A stretch of DNA of 63,841 nt, the filler included, from Globobulimina sp. (Eukaryota): the NCBI GenBank assembly GCA_003354225.1. It is 20 parts of 20 records of this genome, joined end to end, with 100 filler letters (N's around TTAATTAATTAA, not from the genome) between each part and the next. Parts side by side here need not be neighbours in the genome. Positions count along the whole stretch, not along the records: positions 57,554 to 60,647 come from PIVH01003747.1; positions 60,748 to 63,841 come from PIVH01003748.1; 18 more parts are not named here. One strand, written 5' to 3'. The notes beneath the pieces are model-generated. The model was not told the origin of the DNA. It saw only the letters and a program-made list of their open reading frames with translations, and searched no databases. This document shows, piece by piece, positions 59,704 through 63,841 of this stretch. Each line of letters opens with the position of its first letter. The first letter of the stretch is position 1. A program made the translations under genes and the position numbers.

Positions 59704-60647
59704 ATGACAATGATGCATAGACAATATCCTATTAATGACAATCAATCCGATAATCTAAATTATAGTAATTATGCGAATGAAAATAATAACCACCCACAAT
59801 ATTATGGTACCAACAGTAATAAGTCTCCACATTTTAACACTGATTACAACAACACCAACAATAATATAAATCCAACTTTTAATAACAATCATGATACACA
59901 GTATAAAACAAACACGAATCACAATCATTCGCCACAATATACTCAACACGCACATTTCCCATCATTACAACCAACATCAAATGGACCAATCAATCATAAT
60001 TATCACTCACCAACAAATATAATACCGTTACCATTATTAAATACAGCAAATAACAATAATACTGCAATATTATCGACAATAATCCCTGTGCCGGCAATGC
60101 CATCTCTAGCCACACAAAACAGAAAACGGACCGCAACAGAGATGATGGGGATGGATGAGGTATACAATATATCGGACAGTACAAAATCAGATTAATTCTA
60201 TATTTACAGACTCCGAAAGGCATAATTAGTGAACCAAACGATAGATATGTAAAACGACCGAAACTTGCAAATAATGAGAATTATAATTCGAATTCATTAA
60301 AACCAAAATCACGCGGTTACAGTCATAAGATGGCAATGTCTGTTCAAATATTACAAGATTTTGCCCGCCAACATGGTGGTAAATTGCCATCATTACGATA
60401 TATTATGAAAATGTTAAAAGTCGGATTCCCAAAAGCTCATGAAATCATTGCAGAATATTCAAAGATTATTGGTAAAACAGTTTAAGTAATTTCATGTAAT
60501 TTGTGTATACAATTTCATAGTGCACTTTATAGAAAGATGAAGTTGTTCAATATATGACCGTAAGGCAAGAAAATGAAAGGAAAGGTGGTAAAAAAAACAG
60601 AGGTAAAAAGAAAAGGAAAAAAAATATTGAGTTGAGCATCAAGAATG
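59704..60647 (+). CDS. Asn/His-rich disordered protein with a putative helix-turn-helix domain; 2 introns; 3' truncated
   Basis: Introns 60160-60209 and 60480-60532 keep the frame. Exon 2 encodes GKLPSLRYIMKMLKVGFPKAHEIIAEY, followed by a basic NLS-like tail. Confidence 0.6.
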
Positions 60648-60747
60648 NNNNNNNNNNNNNNNNNNNNNNNNNNNNNNNNNNNNNNNNNNNNTTAATTAAT
60701 TAANNNNNNNNNNNNNNNNNNNNNNNNNNNNNNNNNNNNNNNNNNNN

Positions 60748-60866
60748 CAAATAATTAAAAGTGTAACCATTTGGATGAAGCTCACAACATATTAATGTTA
60801 ATAATTAATTCTCTTTGTTTGTATTATTAATATGTTGCTTTGTGTTGATTGTGTTGTAATTTGTTT
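60748..60866 (+). repeat. 119-bp terminal direct repeat, left copy
   Basis: Identical to 63723-63841, the other end of the same contig. Confidence 0.97.
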
Positions 60867-61187
60867 TGTATTTATTTTGTCAATTAATACCATCGTCCAT
60901 TTTATGCATGGAATCATATAACATTTGTAATTTCATGCAATCCTTTAACCATTTTATTTCAGTAAATGGTAGAACGTCTGAATAATGTGTCCGTGTTAGA
61001 TTATCCAAATATAATTGTTCATCAAGTCCGATATCGAATAGGTTTTCGAGTTTACAGTGCGGTTTGTATTGGTTTAACCTGCGGACGTGAGCTAGTCATC
61101 GGACATCGGAATCGTTGGATGAAATCGAAATTAGTATAGAAACGTTTTACAAATTTATAAATGTGGCGCAAGATATCGATATCAATA

Positions 61188-63563
61188 TCAATTCGCATGA
61201 GTTTGCTTTTTAACATATCCTTTAATGACATCGATAACTTTATGTTTTGATTTTGTTTTTAAGTTTTTAATATTCTGCGATGTCCAAATGTCATGAGATT
61301 GCAGTATTTTGTGGACACTTTTTTTAGCGATGGCGGTATATTCTTTTCTTGTGATCTGTTGCTGTTTAAACAATGGATTTAAATATTTATGACACCACTC
61401 CAGCACAATAACTTTGGCTTTGCCTACATTTCTATCTTTCGATTTCGTTTTGGATCTCGATCTGCGGTGTTTGTGTTTGTGTGACTTCGCTTTCTTTTCC
61501 TTGCGTTTTTTATGTTTCTTACTTTTTTTATGTTTCTTATCTTTCTTCCTTTGCTCACGTTTTTTGTCTTTCTCTTCATCTTTATCTTGATTTATATCAT
61601 TGCCATCATCTGACATAGCAATTAATGTGCGATAATCATTAAAATCATCCTCTTCCAACACACTCACATTAAAATTATTAAACTCAGCCTCTGACGGCGC
61701 TGCTGATGACATATTATTCTTACTCACATATAACGAATCTGATAAAGATTCATTCAAATCGCTATCTGCTGAACATAACTTATCCAAATTATTGCTGTTG
61801 CTATCATCAAATACAAGTTTCCGTTTCTTTGTTTTCGGTGTCGACGGCGAACAATCATAGCTATCCAGTTTCCGTTTCTTTCCCCTACCATTAATCCGTA
61901 GCACTGATTCCTTCGATTTTACTTTTTTTGCACTCTCCATATTGTCAGCCTCAATGTTTTTCGATTTTGATAGCGATAAAATAACCAAATCCTCGCTATC
62001 CGAACTATAATCACAGTCAATGTCCATTGTTGTTTTCTCCACTTTTAACCTCTGTCCTTTCTCAAACAATCCATCCTCAAATAAGTTACTTAACATCTCC
62101 TCTTTGCTCACTTTCGGTAACACGCCACCTCCACACAACTTATTTGAATTTGGGTTAAATCGCTGCTTCGACGAATCTATTTTCGTTTTCTTATTGCTCC
62201 CATACAAGGCATGCAAATCAATGCCATCCTTCACTGCACCAAAACGTTTCTGTTGCATTGGAGAATTTACATATCGCCGATTCAGTATTTTCTTCTTCCT
62301 TCGAATCATTTCTTTTTGCCGACTCCTCTCTGCTTCGTCGACATCCACACCCTCAAAACCACCCTCCTCCGCACCCTCCGGCTCCAGCTCCAGGTCCTTG
62401 CCCTTATCCTTATCCTTATCCTCACCCTTTCCATACACCACATACTGCGTCACAGAGTCAGGCACTCCAATCCCTAACTTCCTGTTCCTCTCCTCCTCCC
62501 ACTTCAGCTGCAACTGCAACAATTGCATGGCGGAGATGGCGTCCTCCACACTCGAATGCCCTACGATTTGCCCATCCGGTCCTTTGGCGCACTGTATACT
62601 TTTATTCAAATACTGCCCACACAAATGCTTCAACGACAGCTTCCTTCCTCCGCCGCTCCCCACAGCATAGCCGATATTCCTCTTATTATTGCGATACTTC
62701 ATCCGCTTCATAAACAACACCGCTGTGTCCACCACGGTGTAATGAATCAGTTTCAGTGCAATCAAATCGTTCTCCAATGAGTGTCCACATAATATGGTCT
62801 CCGCGTTCATAAACGCAAATATCTCATCGTGCACATCCGCAATACGCCGCTGTACGCCTTTCAACAAATTCTCTGTAATGCCACTCCATTCTGTCAGATA
62901 GTCGGTGATTTCGTGCGGTGGCTTGACCAACTTGTCATAGACCACCATTAGCTTTGCATCCACGATGGAGATCCGCGTCAGTTCGCTGCCATGCGTCGTC
63001 TTACACATTTCGCAGTCGATCGCGAGTAAATCGTACATGGGCTGGCCTGGCGCAGTGGGGCTGGCACTGGGAGTGACTACAAAATCTTTATACTCGTCGT
63101 CTAAGTACGCGGTCTTTATGGGGTACCCATTGTCCTCCAATTGCTGTCGGTTGAGTAGCAGCCGTTGAATGGGCGTCTGCGGTTTGACCGTTTTGCTGTC
63201 AACGCCGTATTCCTGCGTGCAAACAGAGGACAGTTTGTGGATGTTTTTTAGTTCGCGGTACTGTTTCAGCAGTTGGCCGCAGCATAATTTATAAGTGAGA
63301 GTGGTTTCGCAGTGCTGCTGCATTATGTCTTCGATTTTAAGCGCAATGCATTTGAACTGGAGCAGATTCATTCCGTTATGGTAAGAGCAGGAAAGCTGCA
63401 CGAGTTTGGACATGAACATGGAGCGGGTTTCGTATTTCACGCCACATTTATTGCTGTGACCCGTGCGTGGAATGGTTATCATTGTTTGGTTGTTTTTGTC
63501 TAATTTCAGGCCCTTGGATTTGGAGCTATATTGGTGTGTTTTTGCTGTTTTGTTGGCTGTCAC
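61188..63563 (-). CDS. REX1/REXO1-like DEDDh RNA exonuclease with a C-terminal SRI-like domain
   Basis: AIDCEMC, DYLTEWSGIT, GHSLENDL, DTA and HSSVEDA. The C-terminus reads LNPLFKQQQITRKEYTAIAKKSVHKI...KVIDVIKGYV. True start uncertain. Confidence 0.9.
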   Translation of the reverse strand: MTANKTAKTHQYSSKSKGLKLDKNNQTMITIPRTGHSNKCGVKYETRSMFMSKLVQLSCSYHNGMNLLQFKCIALKIEDIMQQHCETTLTYKLCCGQLLKQYRELKNIHKLSSVCTQEYGVDSKTVKPQTPIQRLLLNRQQLEDNGYPIKTAYLDDEYKDFVVTPSASPTAPGQPMYDLLAIDCEMCKTTHGSELTRISIVDAKLMVVYDKLVKPPHEITDYLTEWSGITENLLKGVQRRIADVHDEIFAFMNAETILCGHSLENDLIALKLIHYTVVDTAVLFMKRMKYRNNKRNIGYAVGSGGGRKLSLKHLCGQYLNKSIQCAKGPDGQIVGHSSVEDAISAMQLLQLQLKWEEERNRKLGIGVPDSVTQYVVYGKGEDKDKDKGKDLELEPEGAEEGGFEGVDVDEAERSRQKEMIRRKKKILNRRYVNSPMQQKRFGAVKDGIDLHALYGSNKKTKIDSSKQRFNPNSNKLCGGGVLPKVSKEEMLSNLFEDGLFEKGQRLKVEKTTMDIDCDYSSDSEDLVILSLSKSKNIEADNMESAKKVKSKESVLRINGRGKKRKLDSYDCSPSTPKTKKRKLVFDDSNSNNLDKLCSADSDLNESLSDSLYVSKNNMSSAAPSEAEFNNFNVSVLEEDDFNDYRTLIAMSDDGNDINQDKDEEKDKKREQRKKDKKHKKSKKHKKRKEKKAKSHKHKHRRSRSKTKSKDRNVGKAKVIVLEWCHKYLNPLFKQQQITRKEYTAIAKKSVHKILQSHDIWTSQNIKNLKTKSKHKVIDVIKGYVKKQTHAN

Positions 63564-63722
63564 AGTTTGTATGTGCTTTTTGTTGTGGTGTGTGGTCGAG
63601 TCGTTGATGGGAATATATTTGTTGGCGAGTTATCAGGATATTGCATTGAAAGCGGTTGGCATCATTGTTGAAAGTATATTGGTGCTCATTTGCTGTGCAT
63701 TCAGCTTGAGATATTGGAAAAA

Positions 63723-63841
63723 CAAATAATTAAAAGTGTAACCATTTGGATGAAGCTCACAACATATTAATGTTAATAATTAATTCTCTTTGTTTGTATT
63801 ATTAATATGTTGCTTTGTGTTGATTGTGTTGTAATTTGTTT
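63723..63841 (+). repeat. 119-bp terminal direct repeat, right copy
   Basis: Identical to 60748-60866. Confidence 0.97.

Noticed and set aside
3101..60747. Regularly spaced TTAATTAATTAA motif every about 3.2 kb
   Set aside because: It is an artificial concatenation linker embedded in Ns. ORFs ending in XXXLIN are artefacts of it.
63564..63780. In-frame TGA/TAA upstream of the exonuclease ORF (and at 27670, 43451) as evidence of stop-codon reassignment
   Set aside because: Conserved genes (PP2A, B56, ppdK, kinase) read in the standard code and end at normal stops, so local decay or unresolved splicing is the simpler explanation.

Overview
This window is not one locus. It is 20 unrelated contigs of about 3.1 kb (3100 down to 3094 bp, size-sorted), joined by artificial 100-nt N/TTAATTAATTAA linkers, so adjacency across a linker means nothing. 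Nineteen contigs look like an AT-rich microbial eukaryote with short GT-AG introns (mostly 50-90 nt). The gene families suggest a foraminiferan or other rhizarian, which is my inference and needs phylogenetic confirmation. Recognisable genes include PP2A catalytic and B56 subunits, TOR, myotubularin, DRC9/IQCG, a 7TM-RGS protein, VWA, RCC1 and Kelch propellers, an SDR, a sulfotransferase, a Nudix hydrolase, cytochrome b561, a CAMK-like kinase, an ALY/REF-like RRM protein, an MSH6 fragment and a REXO1-like exonuclease. One contig (41579-44673) is bacterial and carries ppdK, a terminator, an integrase remnant and a lipoprotein. The most unusual signals are six: (1) a non-LTR retroelement whose RT has a YCDD motif, an approximately 110-aa in-frame insertion between motifs 6 and 7, and an out-of-frame RNase H tail; (2) a contig with an exact 119-bp terminal direct repeat (circle or tandem array) carrying a DEDDh exonuclease fused to an SRI-like domain; (3) an intron-containing VP39-family cap 2'-O-methyltransferase; (4) a 64-nt tRNA-like element; (5) a hAT transposase with an F-box-like segment; (6) a recurrent short helical motif attached to different beta-propellers. 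All family assignments come from motif recognition by eye; no database search was run.
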